Notes: generated by a model not told the origin, from the letters alone. Positions 48,695 through 60,606 are shown, counted from the first letter of the stretch. The stretch is 64,000 nucleotides of DNA from Neophaeotheca triangularis (GCA_054600435.1 BAAIJX010000010.1:372001-436000), one strand, 5' to 3'. Made by a program: numbers and translations.

Positions 48695-51600
48695 CTAACC
48701 GGACGCGCCCTGACCATCCTCCTTTCCCTTCTGACTAGCCAACCAGCCCTCATGCAACTTCCGCTGCCTGTCCCAATCCTTCCTCAACTTTTTGCCCTTG
48801 CTCTTCGCCACCTCCTTACCCTCGGCATCCTTCATGGGCAGGCCCTCAGCGTCCCACTCGCTGTACTCGCTAGTCCGGAACATTTCCAAATGGCTCAGCT
48901 TGCCCTTTTCCAAGCGTTCGCGCTCGGCGGCTTCAGCGTCCTCTTTGGCCTTGGCTTTGGCGGCCGCTTTGCTGGCAGCTTGGGTTTCTTTGGCAGCGCG
49001 TTCTTCGCGGAGGGACCTGGAAAGGGGTCGCACGAGCGCTGGGGCCGATTCGCGGTCTTCCAGGTAGATTGAGAGGTTCCAGAGGGTGGTGTCGCGGAGA
49101 TGGTCGCAAGCGGCCAAAAAATCCTTAGGGCTGGCTTGCTTGGCGTTGAGGTCGAGGACCTTGCGCTGGAATTCCGCGTACGCGTTGGCGTAGGGTTGCG
49201 TCTCCGCGGGATAGTAGGTGTCTTTGTCGTCCATCTTGCCCAGAGCCTCGATGTTCACGGTTCCGGCGATGGCTTGTTCGCGGACACGGTCGCGTAGGTC
49301 GGCTAGAGGGTAGATGAAGGGTTTGGCCTGCTCGGAGATGTCGATGCCAGACCAGCCGATTTGGTTGGGTTTGTATTCGGCGTCTAGGCCGAACATGACG
49401 ACCATGTCGGTGATCCAGCGGGCTATGGCGGTGGAGAGCTCATCAAGGACATTCTTCTGGGTGTTGTAGGCAGTGACGAGGTCGCTGAGCACTCGCAGAG
49501 CGGTGGGAGTGTCGAATGAATCACATAGCGCGTCATGGAACTTGCCTTTGGCTTCCTCAAACTGCTCAATCAAGTCGTCCGTCGAATTACCATTGGGCGT
49601 TCCGTTTGTGGCCGCACCACTTGTATACAGCTTCGAAGGATGCCTTTGCAAGTCTCGCACTCTGATAAAGAAGTTGCTGAGCTTCTCTGCCCAGGCATCA
49701 CCTGCTTTGACGACTTCATTGGTAATTTCTAGCCCGTCTCTCCAGTTGCCGAGCAAGAAAACAATGCGCAGACTCCGCGGCGTCCAATCGCCCTTGGCCA
49801 AGGCTTCACGGATGGTAGTGAAGTTCTTCAAACTCTTGCTCATCTTGCTCCCTTGGATGGACAAGTGACCCATGTGCAGGAAGTAGTTGACCCATTGCTC
49901 GCCGTCCTTGCCCCCCTTCCCATGGTCACACCAGTACGCCTCGGATTGCGCGAGCTCGTTGTCATGATGAGGAAAAGCTAGGTCAATACCACCTGAGTGC
50001 ACGTCAAATTGCTTGCCCAGCACATCTGAAGCCATGGCACTGCACTCGATATGCCATCCAGGCCTTCCTTCTCCCCAAGGAGACGGCCAGCTGGGCTCGC
50101 CTGGTTTGGAAGCCTTCCACAATGCAAAATCCGCAGCAGATCGTTTGAAGCCCGTTTGTTTGACAGAAAGAGATCCCTCACCATCGGCCTGCAGGTCCTT
50201 ATCGTTCCTATTCCACGGCTCCAAACGCGCGTAATGGCCTCCCGACGCCTCCCAAGCATTGGTGTCGTAGTAAACCGACCCTTCGTGCTCGTATGCAAAA
50301 CCATTATCCTGAATGCGCTTCACAAAGTCTACAATCTGTGGTCCGTACTCAGTGACCCTGGTCAACTTATCGGGAGTACGCACGTTCAGCGAGGCCATGT
50401 CGTCGAAGAATCGTTGCTCGTAACGTTTCGTGAGTTTCGTGAAAATGTCGTGATCGTTGCCCTTGACCGAGGTGCCGTGCAGTGAGTCAATGTATGGGAG
50501 TAGTATGCCTGATGCCTGAAGCGCGAAGTCTTCAAGGCTTGGTGGGTCAGATAGAGTGTGAGCGGCATTCTTGACCACGCCGGTCGCTAGAGCTGATTGC
50601 ACCGTCTTCAAGTGCATTTTAGTCTTGGCCTCCTTGTCACCCGGTGGAGTGCCATCCCGCGCCAGACTCTCGCCTTTGAGCACATGCCCGTATTGCCGAT
50701 CTATTCTTCGCTCGATGCTCTCGTCCTCCTTCATGTCCTCATAGAGTTTCGGCAGGTTCTTCTCCGTGTATGCCATAAAAGCTTTGTCCGCAGTGTCTCG
50801 CACGTCCTTGTCTACAGCTGTGTGGTTCGCCAACCACTCGGCGAGAAGGTGCTGCTGTCTCGCGGCGAGGATGATTTTGTCATCGACATCAGTAATGTTC
50901 ATGACAAAGGTGACTCTGAACTTGAAGTAGTCAGACATTATACGTCTGATCACGTCTGTTGAGACAAAGTTCCGCGCGTGACCTAGATGCTGGTGATATA
51001 TTAGTAAATGGACCTTCTGCTACGCCGAAACGCGTAGTCTCCCACAACAACCATATCCGCATTCTCGTCGAACTTTCAGCCAATACCAAGCCAAACCAAT
51101 TCCTCGAAGTCCAACCGGCAAACTTAACGCTCCCTTACAACCTCTCCCTCCTCTTCCCAACTCCAAGACACCAAGTCCCAGCGCCCCCTCCTCTCGCACC
51201 GCACCATCCCGCGCCCCAAAACCCACTCCACCACATCCCTTCATCCACACCACCCCCTCTCATCCAAAGAACACCAAAAGAAGAAGCCACTCACCGCATC
51301 ATCATAAACCGTGGGTCCACAAGCATACCACCCAACTTCCACTCCATCCCCACCACCACCAATCCCACCACCAACCCTCCCCTTCTCCCCCGCCTCCTCA
51401 CTAGCCGCAATCGGCACAAACCCCTCCTTCTTCCTCGTCAATGAGTTCCACACCACCAACTTCGGCAACCCCGCCGCCGCTCCTCCTTCTTTTTCTGCTG
51501 AAGTTGCTGCTCGAGGAGCGCGCCAGGCTGGCTGTGCCATTGCCGACAGTCGTCTTGAGGGATTGTTTGCAAGGCTTGCGTTGGTGGAGGGGGGTCGAGT

Positions 51601-51744
51601 GAGCGGGCTGCGCTGTTGGTGGTGCTGGCGGGAGGGATGCGTGGGGCTGGCTTGAGTGGTTGTTGTGGTGGTGGTTGGTCGTGTTGTTGGTGGTTTGATT
51701 TTTGTTGGTCGGGAGCGTGAGAGCCGTAGGAGGAGGGTTTGCAT
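48695..51744 (-). CDS. CRS1: Cysteinyl-tRNA synthetase (second in-frame ATG at 51540)
   Basis: Exons 51744/51540-51295 and 50989-48695. Motifs: YACGPTVYDDA|HLGHAR, NITDVDDKII, DFALWK, GRPGWHIECSAM, HSGGIDLAFPHHDNE, KMSKS. Confidence 0.96.
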
Positions 51745-52618
51745 CAATTTGCTGCGCGTAAGGGAGTTGGGAGGCTGATGTTGTGGTTTGCAAGTTTTGG
51801 GAGGTTGGAGTCATGTGGGCTTTTTGGGTGGAATGATGAGGTCCACTGCTGCTGCTTGGGGCTTTTGTGAAGCTGCTGGGGAAAGTCATGGGATTCGGGC
51901 ACGCATAGCATTCAACAATACAGCACGAGATGCGATACACGAGCAATACTAATCACGAGGTCAAATCTGACGGCAGAAATTGTGATGAACGCGTTAACAA
52001 GTACATGCTATATCTGCATGCCCTGGGCATCCCGAAGCAAAAACTACACATGCGTCCTTTGGTATCTTGCGGCCGTGGCTCATGCCTCCTTTCCTCCTGC
52101 GCCTCCAAACGCCTCAGCCCGTTTGTATGTGTACTGTTTGCATGCCAGCCTTTTGCGAAAAAGACTTGCGAAATGATCGTCCCGCACGTAGTCTATAACG
52201 GAGTCATTCCGGTGCAAAAAGCCCCTCTCCCTTTGGTCGCACCACACCGTAGCACAGATATACAATAAAGAAAGCTCACCCCTCACTTGCCATCTTGCTG
52301 TGCGCTCGACTTGCTAGTATGATAGCTGACGCCGCTGTCATCGCTATCCTTCGCCCCAGCCCTAGCCTGAGGCGCACGCTGATCAGGTCCGACGCCAGTA
52401 ATAGCACTGAGGTTCACACTTGGCAGTCTCGCGAGTGCTGGGAGCGAAGGCGCAGTAGCCCTACGCTCCGACTGCCGCTTTGAAGAAGGCCCAAGACTCG
52501 TCAGATTCAGCGCCTCGGTGACGTCCATGGAGAATCTCCGGACCATTGTGGTGGAGTCGATGCTCTCGCCATCCCAACTCGGCGGACCGGGCTCCCATCC
52601 TTCAAGCAGCGAGTCTGA

Positions 52619-54277
52619 CTAAAACACCGTGCCGTCGGAAAGGATCATGATTGGAGGCTCCTTGGTGTTGGGGCGCGATACTTCGGCAATCTCACGGCCG
52701 CCTTTCCATGTCCCGGCCTCCAGCATTTGCGCTAGGCTGAGTTTGTCGGAGCCTTTGAGGCCAAGAAGCGTGTTCACTTCCACGAGAAGGTCATCGAGGA
52801 AGCCAACGGTAAGTGCTCGCCATTCGACGATGACATCGTCATCGGCTGTGAAGAGAGGTACCACCTCAACGTTCGGCTGTCCCTGGCGGGTGGCGTTCAG
52901 CTGATACTGCGCTAGTCCACGCCGCGCATCTTCCGGCTTGAGAGTGAGAAGGCCAGTGTCTACGAGGAGACCGCCGTTGCGGTATTCAGGAAGACCAGTC
53001 ATGAGTTCGGTGCCGACGAAGTGTACGTTTGCGAGCTTCTGCATCGGAACCATCAAAGAGTAGGTGAGCCACTGGGTGAGCTTGTGGAAGGGAACAATGT
53101 TCTCCCATGGGTGCGTAGGGTGTGAGGGCATGGAAGCGCAAGGCCAAGCGTCGCCGAGAGGTGTACCGTCGATCTGTGTGCGTGTCGCAGGCCAGATGTT
53201 ACTGAGGCCATCCATGAGAGTAGTCCAAAGCGTAGGCAGGGGAATGACAGGGACAGAGGCGGCGTGGGTAGAGGGGTGCGCGAGCAGGTAGTCCAGCATA
53301 TTCCCTGGCCTGGCTTCAACGCCGAAGATGTCATGGTTGAGCAGCGAGTCGCTCAAACGAATGAGGAGACTTGTGCGGCCTTCAAGTCCATCGATGGGAT
53401 TGTCGTCGCTCACTTGCAAGCCCCTTGCCATCTTCTCCGAAGTGAGCTTCTTTAGCCCCTTGCTGTCAACCTGGCATGGCTGGTCGGGGTTGCCGCTAAA
53501 CATGCCAGTCTTAAACATCTCCAAGCTTGCGACCGCCAGACCCTCACTGCGCCGATAGACCTTGCCAGACTCCTTGCTCTTGTACTGCCATTTGGTGCCC
53601 GCTCCCGCATCCAGAAGCACCGAGACCAAGAACAAGTCAAGCAGCCTCCGAGTCCTTTCCTGAGCGTCCACCGTAGAAGGCCAAGTTGCCATGAGTTGGT
53701 CGACACGCGGGCGTCCACCGACCTCGAAATGCTGCCATCTTCCATGAGGGGGAATAGTGTGGTAGTCGGGGCTGAAGTCTCGCTGCAAGAACCCGCGCTA
53801 TTAGCCAAGAGAATTTCTTTTTTATCTCCTTCAAGACAGCTTCTGCAGCCACCCGGCTCAGGCTGTCTCGGTTGGTGCTCGGCGTTAGACGACGGGCTGA
53901 CATACCTTGATGATCGACACGACAAAGCGGGCAGTATCGTCGAACTTGGTCATGTCGACGGTGAAGTGTCTGAGTTGATTTCGCTTGGCTTTCTCTAACA
54001 CCAGCCTGCTCCTTTCACGCACGGCATAGATGCTGCGTAGGTAGCCGGCTGGATCTAGATTCGGATCTGGTGCGCGCGGGAGGGCAATATCTGGTAGGCT
54101 GGCGCTCGAGGCAGGGTTACTGTTCATGCGCTTATTGCCTGGGAAGGCTGCGGCGGTCTTCAGGCTGCCGTTGCTGGCGTTGTCTTGGGAAGCCATGTTG
54201 CCGATGGTTTTGGAGTGAGAGTTGTGGTTGTCCTTGTTCTGGTTTTTGGAGCTCAACTTGCGCGAGAAGAGGCCCAT
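52619..54277 (-). CDS. URC4: DUF1688 / Urc4 (Urg3)-like uracil catabolism protein
   Basis: Exons 54277-53906 and 53782-52619. Motifs: IPPHGRWQHF, VSVLLDAGAG, RSEGLAVAS, FHKLTQWLTYSL, TGLPEYRNGGL, VEWRA, LEAGTWKGGRE, SDGTVF*. Confidence 0.9.
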
Positions 54278-54451
54278 GATGGGGGAGAGGAGAAGAGGAC
54301 AAGTGCGCGGTTATCGCGCTCGCCTTGCGAATGGTGACACGCAGACGGGCGACTGGGTTGCTGCAGCTGTTGTGGAGTCAAGGGTGAGGTGATGGCTTGT
54401 TGGTTGTCCTGAAAGGGAATATAGCTAGACTTTACCCCCACATCAACAAGC

Positions 54452-54477
54452 GATAAGGACGATAAGGCACGATAAGG
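54452..54477. promoter_or_regulatory. Three tandem GATAAG sites (candidate AreA/GATA-factor elements)
   Basis: GATAAGG at 54452, 54461 and 54471, about 175-200 bp upstream of the URC4-like ATG. Confidence 0.5.
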
Positions 54478-57400
54478 CTGAATACCTTGCTGTAGGTGAG
54501 GTGAGGATGAAGGGACGGGAGGGAGGCGAGAGGTGAAGACAACTTCAATGGGTAGGTATGGTTTGCACTTCAGAAAGGATTAACGGTATCAGAAGTACAT
54601 CGTTACGGTAGGTAGATTCAAAGGCACACGAGAAGCACAAGTTTTACTAGCCTGATCAACAAATGACAGCCATGCAGCAAGAAATCAAGCCGAGTCTCAG
54701 TCACTGCACCTACACAGTACTTACCTAGCACACTTCCCGACCATGAGCAGTGGAGCACCTCATCCTCCGGGCCTCACGGGCCCTCCCTCCTTCCGCCCTC
54801 GCCGGAATCATTCGACAAAAGTGCACTTTCTGGCCTCTGCAGTGCCTCTCCAGACACCATTTTAGGCTGTTACTCCCGACCGTTGGCTGTTTGGACGATT
54901 GATTGCAAGGGGAAGAGTCGGAGGACGTTCCGGTCCCCTGACACCCTCCCCTTCCACTACTCTCATTGGCTTGACCTAATCCGGTTCGTTGACTAAGGTA
55001 CCTAAGGTAGGCAGATGATAAACCCCTGCAGCCTAACGCAGGAACACCCGGGCAATCGACGCTCGTGTGCGTGCCCGTGCTGGCCGTCTCCGTTAGTCCG
55101 GTAAGGTATGCTTCGAGCAAAACACTCGTCAAGCCCCTTCATCGTCGCTATCGTTCTTCACGATCGCGAAACTCGAAGTGCACCTGAAAGAATTTCCCAA
55201 GCCTTCGCGTACTACTGTCTGAGCAGCCAGGTTCGTGCTAAGGTATGGCTTGGTCATACCATCGAGCACACTCAACGCCCGTGGCCCGGCAGGTGCTGCA
55301 ACAAGGGCGCAAAACACCCCTCCACGTCCCTGATGAGAACGCCCAAGACATGGCCTGTCTCACCACACGCCAACATCCCACTAACCAGATAGCCACAACT
55401 ACCAAAACCAGATGTGCCGCCAGCGCTTGACCCAGTGATCCCCAAACCACAACGACAGAAGCGAGCACTCTACCGTTTGGGGACGGCTCGCCTGCGACCC
55501 GACGACGGCTACGGCGGCGACTCCGTCTGCTGGGTCCGTCTCCGAGATTATGTCCATCACAGGCTTCAGGGATTCGCTCGGGGTCGCTGCCGGTTGGGTC
55601 AAGCGCACCGTGCGCGAGTCTTGTTCAAGGTTGCTCGTGGTTGCTGTACGCGATGGCTTCCTTGCGGATGAAGGCTGAAGCAGACCGTGCAGTGACTTAT
55701 CCTGCAGCTTCGTAGAATCGTGCTGGCGTTTACCTTGGAAAGCACGTGGTCGTGAAGTGATGGCCGACCCTGTATAGATAGTTTTTGCGCGAGTCGACAT
55801 GTACTATATTCGCCTCGGCTCCGCTACCTCTAGCGCTCGACAATACCTCAGAGAAATCCTTGATGCATATCAACAGGATCTTGCAGGCCCAACAACTACT
55901 CCGTCTCACACTCCACGAGCCCCCATTCTTTCCTCAAACAACGAGGTACTAGCCGAAGCACAGCATAAGCCCGGGCAGTAGAAAAATACGCTTGCAGCGA
56001 CTCGAAACCCACGGCCTCGTATGGATCAACAATTGATTGCACTGCGCGATTGCGCGAGACGATTAGTCGAATGATCGCTTGGGTAAGCTCCCAGTACCGT
56101 CGCACAGATTCTGGCGTCGCTCCCCTCGAAGAGTTACACGCGGGGAGCTGCTGAGATGAATTGTGTGCGAAGTTGTTGATTCTCTTCATTAAGCCATTAG
56201 ATCGTTGCGAGCCTTTCCGACGAAAGAGCGGCAGAGCCCGGTTGCATTTGCTATGTAGATCCACCAGATGGAAGCGATTTGGTCTTATAAAATATATGGT
56301 CGGGGATGGTCTTGTATGGCTTCGTCTCAAGGACAAAGCATTCTTGCATAGTGTATTGGTCAAGCCTTGCTACCAAGTCTACTACTCGGTCGCCCAAACG
56401 CTCTGCGATTACTCTTGATTGAATCTGTACCTCTGTCTCTCATCACATTTCCTGCTCCCTGTCTGAGGAAACAACCCAAACCCCCGCCCTCCCCTCACCA
56501 TTCTCATCACCCGCCTCCCCATACCTACCTCGCCGGTGGGGATACGCTCACGCACGTCTTCCGGATGTAAAGGCCACTCTCTGCATTACAAAACGTGGTG
56601 GAGTGCTTGAGGAGTCTTTCTAGAGGGCCTTCATAGCGGGTTTTCGACGGTACTATGAGACGTTGTTGAGGTGAGGTTCTTTGACCAGATTTTAGCCTGA
56701 CCTTGCAGCTTGCACAGGCTGGGGGCTGATGGCTGGAGTGGAGGATAAGGGGATTTTGCTACGGATGGTGACTCAGTGAGGCAAGCTTGCTCTGGAATAC
56801 GCGTCTGTTGGCTGTTGCTGTGTACGTCTAGTTGGCCTTTCCAGCCGTGAGGCCGACACCTTAGATTGGCTCCGCATGGCAAGACTCTGTACTGCGTAGA
56901 GTGTCCATAGACCGCGCTCGCAACCTCCTGCATCATTTATCATGCCCGTATGCATAGAAGCTGAATGGATACGGCGTATCACCAGGCCTGTGTGCCTGAC
57001 GCTTAGGTCGGCAAACGAAGTGAGCACGCGTGGCCATGGCAGTTCCAGCGGACGACCAGTGGTATACTAAAGAGATAAACAGCACTCGCAAGAGGAGTGT
57101 CGGTGGATGTAGCCCTGATATGAAACACAACGTAGACATGGTCATAATTCTGATGTGCGATTAACGACGGGCAGTTGGTCTCGAAATTGCTTAAATGACC
57201 CTGATGAGCACAGCATAACGCTGCACCCGGGGGGGCTTTGCCGCATCTTCAGCTCGGAGTCAGAACGGTCAATTGGCGATTCCTGGTGTAAAAAAGAAGG
57301 AAAAAGAAAGCAATTCGTGTCAGCGAAAGTTGGTATTTTGCTGCTTACGTCCGCACACGTGATACGTGAGCTGTGATTGGCTGAATCTTGACCTCGGAAC

Positions 57401-57544
57401 GTCGCTGCTCGATCGAGACATCACCACAATCGACACCCCAAACACCACCGCCAGCTTCTACCCTTCTACCACCGTTACCACCACACCCCGACTCTCCACT
57501 CAATCTCTCCACTCCTCACTCTCTGGACCTGACGAAAATCAATC

Positions 57545-58251
57545 ATGTTGGCACAGCGAGCGGTACAGCAGTCGCTGCGGCGGTGTAAGGCACCCTCGGA
57601 GCGCAACAGCGGCACATGGCAAGGCGCATCGCCTATCTAACAGCATGACAGTAGCCGTCCAGCAAGGCGCCAGCGCGCCCAAGTTCGCAGTTCCAGCTGC
57701 CATCGCTACCGGTAGAGCCTTCACAGTCCAGCAGAGGAGGTAGGCCTGACCACTCACCCATCGCATTACCAACCCGGCATCCAACTAATCCACCCTCCCC
57801 CCCTTTCAGACATGCCGCCGCCCAAGTCGTCCCCGAAGAAGAAGCCGCCAACAAGATCCTCGCCACGCAACGCCGCCACCGCCCCGTCTCCCCCCACCTC
57901 GGCATCTACCAACCGCAAATCACCTGGTACCTCTCCATGCTCAACCGCCTGACGGGCGTCACCCTCTCCGGCGGCTTCTACGTCTTCGGCATCGGCTACC
58001 TCGTAGGCCCCTACATCGGCTTACACATGGAGTCCGCAGTACTCGCCGCCAGTTTCGCGACCTGGCCCGTGGCGCTGAAGCTGCTCACGAAGACTTTCGT
58101 CGCGCTGCCTTTTACGTTCCACTCATTTAACGGCATTAGGCATTTGATGTGGGATACGGCTACCGGGATGACAAACAAGCAGGTGCAGCAGACTGGGTGG
58201 GCTTGCGTTGGATTGAGTGTGGTTAGCGCTGTTGCTTTGGCTTTCATGTAG
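57545..58251 (+). CDS. SDH3: Succinate dehydrogenase cytochrome b560 subunit (SdhC)
   Basis: Exons 57545-57584, 57652-57739 and 57810-58251. Presequence MLAQRAVQQSLRRL; motifs RPVSPHLGIYQPQITW, NRLTG and FHSFNGIRHLMWD. Confidence 0.96.
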
Positions 58252-58601
58252 ATTTGGGGCGACGAGCTGGGTCAGGAATGGAGTGTATAGGACTACGTGG
58301 ATATGGTTCGCTTTGTTGAACTTTGCTGAGAAGAAGTGATTTGCAACTGCTGGACAAAAGCATTACGAGTTAGGGTGCGCATGCAATGCATTGGTAGGTG
58401 GAGCAGTGCAGCTCGAACACTCCTGAAGCGTATCGCAATGTGGATGTTGAAGCTTGCTAGAACTTGCTCGACGCCTTTCCTCTCTACCAGCCATCCTTGA
58501 AGACAACACCCTCTGTTTCCAATTCACAACGCTTTGCTTGCTTTTAAACAAGTCACAGCACTTTCTCTCCTTACGATCCACTGCACGCTTTGACCAGAGC
58601 A

Positions 58602-59272
58602 ATGGCTTCCAACGCAGCTGGCCCAGCCGAATCTGACCCAAACCAATTGGATGTGACCGCCACCCATTGGTTCCACAAAGGCGAATGCTGGGTCGTCGCG
58701 GGTTTAGACAGCGTCGGCACGCTTATGAACTTCCCGTTCCATTACCAAGGAAGTGGTACCATCCGCATCGACTTTGCCACCGAACAGCGCCCTAAAATCT
58801 ACAATCTCATCTACAACACCGACAGACCAGGAAGGCTCTCAGACCTCGCCAAAGCTTTCATGGCAAGAACGCCAGAGCCCCTGCGATATCCCTATATGGC
58901 GCCACTCATGCATATTTTGGAGCGCGTAGTCCCGGCCGAACTCGCCGACGACTATCCCCACGAGATCGGCCGGCCCCTCGGCACCAGTTTCGAAGAAGTC
59001 TGGTCGTCTCGCAGCAAGGTCAACTACCTCGCTCCCGCAAACGAAGCTTGTAAGTCTCCCCACGTCGAATCATTGCCGCATCTCGAGCTGAGCTGTGCGC
59101 TAACTCTAGCCTGAATCTCTTCGTAGATGTGCCTGACCTTCGCTGGGGACTCCAGCGGCTGAGGGTCGCGATCCAGGGCGAGAACCCGATTGCCCATGCT
59201 CTGGCGGGAGCTTCAGCAGATTTTGGGGAGTCTTGGCCGGCTCGTGAGAGAGGGGGTGGGGGATTTGTCTAA
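58602..59272 (+). CDS. Single-module paralog of the 43.5-kb repeat protein
   Basis: Exon 58602-59049 ends at a phase-1 GTAAGT donor. The likely acceptor is 59126, giving exon 59127-59272; an alternative AG lies at 59109. Motifs VVAGLDS, IRIDF, RLSDLAKAF and YLAPANEA resemble the module. Confidence 0.6.
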
Positions 59273-59845
59273 TCGGGATGCTATGGACCAGTCTTGAGGT
59301 GGAATGGATGAAGGGTCAAACGGCAATGGTGAGAGCGATGCACTATCAGTTGCCGAAAGCCGAGTAGGTGGCAAGGCCGACATGGTCTAGCAGAAACTTT
59401 TGATCGCTTGCGAATCCAGACTATAGGCACGCCTCGAGAAGCGCTTCGGGTAGGTGCAAACACTTTACAGCACCTCTCTGCCCGCGTATGTCACTCTACC
59501 TATGGGAAGCTGCGTCAAGCCCGCACGATAACAAAGACAACTTCATCATTTGACCAGAGGCATTTCAGAGCGCAGAGCATCGCTTCGCTTCGCTTCGCTT
59601 TGCTTCGTCTTCGAATCTCATCGCTTTTCGCTCCTCTACACGTATTCTAATACTCAACAGAACCAAGTTCCAGAGGCTGCTGATTGTTCGCACCAGCTCG
59701 ACGAGCCGGAAAGCTGGCGTTGCTCCCTCCGGTCTTCCTCCAAACGCAAAGGTATCACTTCAACGGCTCACCCTTTCGGCAACCTTTTCACTGGGCTCAA
59801 GCGAGCTATTTCGTCTTGCATGCATGCAGCCATCGGCCCACCGCA

Positions 59846-60065
59846 GGAAACATTAGCTACGTTTCTTTGACGGGCATCGGCTCTTTGCAGATGGGTTTCA
59901 AGCTAGTATAGACGCGACCTTGGTTTGGCCGACCCTTCCAGAGTGGATATAGTTGTAGTCTTGGAATCACGTAACCAACATTCGTTTGTTAGCTTCAGGC
60001 TGCTGTTCCGAAATCGCTGGCTTCCGTCATGTATCCAATTGGCTTGACATCGAGCTTCCCACTCA
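59846..60065 (+). pseudogene. Frameshifted remnant of the same module
   Basis: The fragments YVSLTGIG, RVDIVV..HSFVSFRLLF and SNWLDIE appear in module order but across frameshifts and stops. Confidence 0.45.
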
Positions 60066-60204
60066 TCCATCTTCGAAAATCCAGCAGCCACTTCCTGCCT
60101 TTCCACGCCCCGACATGTCCAACGTCGTAGACAACGGTGAGGTCTAAGTTCTCCTCAACTACAACGAGTGGCCTTGTTCCACTGTCATCATCTCTCGCGA
60201 TCCG

Positions 60205-60606
60205 ATGGGTACCCCTCATAGCAACATTATGCTCAGCACATACTGTCTGCGCCTTGAAGCGATAGGCCGTCCAATCTCCAATCTCATCTACAACGGCAAG
60301 AATCCAGAACGGGCGTCCGAAACCGCGAAAGCGTTCCTAGTCAAGGTGAATTCGCCAGATACCTACCAGCATCCTCTCGCGAATCCCATCGAAGGCACCC
60401 CGTACCTTCCACGCGGAAGCACAAACCACGCACCCCTTTTCTCATTGCTGAAAGAGCCAATCATCCAGCGATTGAAGAAGATACCCTCCCATTCATCTTG
60501 TGCCAGTCGACGAGTCCGGCATGTCTCCCGTGAAAATTTGAAACTACTTGGGACTGCTGCTGATCACCTAGCAAAGACCAGACTCCACTGTGAGGTAGTA
60601 CAGTAA
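60205..60606 (+). pseudogene. Truncated or diverged paralog of the 58602 gene
   Basis: NLIYNGKNPERASETAKAFLVK aligns with NLIYNTDRPGRLSDLAKAFMAR. Both loci share the 15-mer AATCTCATCTACAAC. Confidence 0.55.

Noticed and set aside
55238..56363. Minus-strand ORFs of 76, 133 and 155 aa between URC4 and SDH3
   Set aside because: No recognisable domain or consistent splice model. The 133-aa ATG ORF cannot be excluded but is unsupported.
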